Source: a virus
IMG/VR virus record: IMGVR_UViG_3300035182_000347
Span: 5,433 to 69,432 of that record
DNA length: 64,000 bases
Reading direction: 5' to 3' (one strand)
The position numbers were made by a program, and so were the translations under genes. Positions within the stretch are counted from its first letter, which is position 1. Each line of letters starts with the position of its first letter. Shown in pieces: positions 62,595 to 64,000 of the stretch. A model generated the notes under the pieces. The model was not told the DNA's origin. It ran no database searches and saw only the letters and a program-made list of their open reading frames with translations.

Positions 62595-63041
62595 ATGATC
62601 AATCTAACCGATATTGCGGGTCCGCCAATGGGTCGCCTGCATATTGAGGCTTTTCGCGATGGGCAGTTATTTGATGTCCTGGACGAAAAAAACCTGATTG
62701 TCGATGTCTCAAAAACGATTCATTCACGCCTCTTGGGCGGAGCGACGACTGGCAAGATTATTACAAAAATCGGATTTGGTACCAACGGGACAGCGCCATC
62801 TGCCGGTAATACCAGCCTGACTGGTCCGTACATCAAGCTCCTTGACTCCGTTTCCTATCCGACCTCAAACCAGGTGCAATTCAATTTCTCGCTAGGTTCG
62901 TCTGAAAACAACGGTGTCGGAATACTTGAGTTCGGCTTGATTTCTGGCGATGGAAGTCTATACGCCCGTCGCGTCAGGGCTGGCGCGCTTAGCAAGGAAT
63001 CCGACATTTCGTTGACCGGCTACTGGACGATCACTTTTTAA
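62595..63041 (+). CDS. tail fibre attachment/baseplate protein
   Basis: NLIV, IGFGT.GT, I.EFGL...G.LYAR, W.I.F. Confidence 0.75.
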   Translation: MINLTDIAGPPMGRLHIEAFRDGQLFDVLDEKNLIVDVSKTIHSRLLGGATTGKIITKIGFGTNGTAPSAGNTSLTGPYIKLLDSVSYPTSNQVQFNFSLGSSENNGVGILEFGLISGDGSLYARRVRAGALSKESDISLTGYWTITF

Positions 63042-63051
63042 GGAATAACTC

Positions 63052-64000
63052 GTGGCAAACTTAACTGAAACGACAACCTACGATGCAGGGGTGTACCAGC
63101 TCGAAACTACAGACCCTGTGGTTGGTGGTGCAGCAGGCGTATCTAACGCGCCGCTGAAAAACCTTGCCAATCGAACGAATTACCTCAAGAGCCGGGTAGA
63201 CCTGATTGAATCCGGGACTACAGTTCCGCCTACAGTAGCCACCTTGGCCTCGCCTACATTTACGGGCGACCCAAAAGGGCCAACTGCAGGACTAGGTGAT
63301 AACGATACATCATTGGCCACCACGGCCTTTGTGCAAACCACCGTTGGCGGAAGGCTCGTCAAGAGCGTGGCTGGCGGATCGACGGTTGCACTGACAGCAA
63401 TAGAAGCGGGTAACGGAATTCTGGAATTTACCGGCATCTTGACGGCAAACATCGCCGTGACCGTTCCAGTTTCCCCAACTCGTCCGTGGTTCGTGTTCAA
63501 CAACACAACTAGCGCATTCACTTTAACCGTCAAAACGCCAGCGGGATCGGGTGTCGTGGCGACGCAAGGCATGAGGTCCATCCTGTATTGCGATGGGACA
63601 AATGTAGTCGCGGCGAGTAGCGACATATTGGCGGCGATGCTTGCTGTGGATGGTTCCGGCTCTGGACTGGATGCCGACTTACTGGATGGTCAGCACGGTG
63701 CGTACTATTCCCCCTTGGACTCGCCTACATTTACGGGCGACCCAAAAGGACCAACTGCAGGACTAGGCGATAACGATACATCATTGGCCACCACGGCCTT
63801 TGTGCAAAGCACCGTTGGCGGAAGGCTCGTCAAGAGCGTGGCTGGCGGATCGACAGTTACACTGACAGCAACGGAAGCGGGTAACGGAATTCTGGAATTT
63901 ACCGGCATCTTGACGGCAAACATCGCCGTGACCGTTCCAGTTTCCCCAACTCGTCCGTGGTTCGTGTTCAACAACACAACTAGCGCATTCACTTTAACCG
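63052..64000 (+). CDS. tail fibre protein (runs off window; absent from ORF track)
   Basis: AAGGA SD with GTG; ANLTE...VYQLETTDPVVGG..G.SN....LANRT.YLK, SPTFTG.P, LATTAFV, LDADLLDG. Confidence 0.88.
   Translation, partial: MANLTETTTYDAGVYQLETTDPVVGGAAGVSNAPLKNLANRTNYLKSRVDLIESGTTVPPTVATLASPTFTGDPKGPTAGLGDNDTSLATTAFVQTTVGGRLVKSVAGGSTVALTAIEAGNGILEFTGILTANIAVTVPVSPTRPWFVFNNTTSAFTLTVKTPAGSGVVATQGMRSILYCDGTNVVAASSDILAAMLAVDGSGSGLDADLLDGQHGAYYSPLDSPTFTGDPKGPTAGLGDNDTSLATTAFVQSTVGGRLVKSVAGGSTVTLTATEAGNGILEFTGILTANIAVTVPVSPTRPWFVFNNTTSAFTLT
63242..64000 (+). repeat. near-identical direct repeat within the tail fibre gene (period 471 nt)
   Basis: 63242-63529 matches 63713-64000 with about 8 substitutions. 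Confidence 0.9.

Noticed and set aside
10485-63992. Numerous minus-strand ORFs in the late region
   Set aside because: Shadow ORFs opposite well-supported + strand genes in GC-rich DNA; no recognisable motifs.
63242-64000. Tail fibre repeat as a DGR TR/VR pair
   Set aside because: Both copies are in frame in one gene, and the differences include T/C and C/G changes, so they are not adenine-specific.
1-64000. Integrase, tRNA, rRNA or replication genes
   Set aside because: None recognised in the window, so lifestyle and the source of any cassette recombinase cannot be determined here.

Overview
About 64 kb of a GC-rich contractile-tailed (myovirus-type) phage or prophage, read almost entirely on the + strand; the host is probably proteobacterial. 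1-10.4 kb is an early/accessory region: a Tad1-like anti-defence sponge, a PAPS-reductase-like protein, a Dam-type methylase, pentapeptide and DUF1566-like proteins, and SSB. 10.5-64 kb is a late region: terminase, portal, MuF, a ~20 kb block of large probably virion-packaged proteins (zeta-like kinase, HD hydrolase, DarB-like methylase-helicase with an intein, pyrophosphatase-helicase, JAB/RadC), then head, neck, lysis, tail and baseplate genes, several resembling Twort/K-type (Herelleviridae) proteins. Four patterns stand out. (1) Eight integron attC-like hairpins, all in one orientation, delimit early genes as cassettes. Several cassettes have complementary ends, the genes are inverted relative to canonical cassettes, and no integrase is in the window. 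(2) A 13-copy late-promoter motif GTCGTGAC-N2-(-10 box) sits 22-23 nt before 8 ATGs, implying leaderless mRNAs. (3) The putative cargo proteins share hydrophobic-K-[S/A/G] cleavage-like leaders, His-bearing hairpin peptides and clamp-binding-like xxLF motifs. (4) An unexplained 23-bp non-palindromic repeat is dispersed through the late region. All family assignments come from recalled motifs, not database searches.
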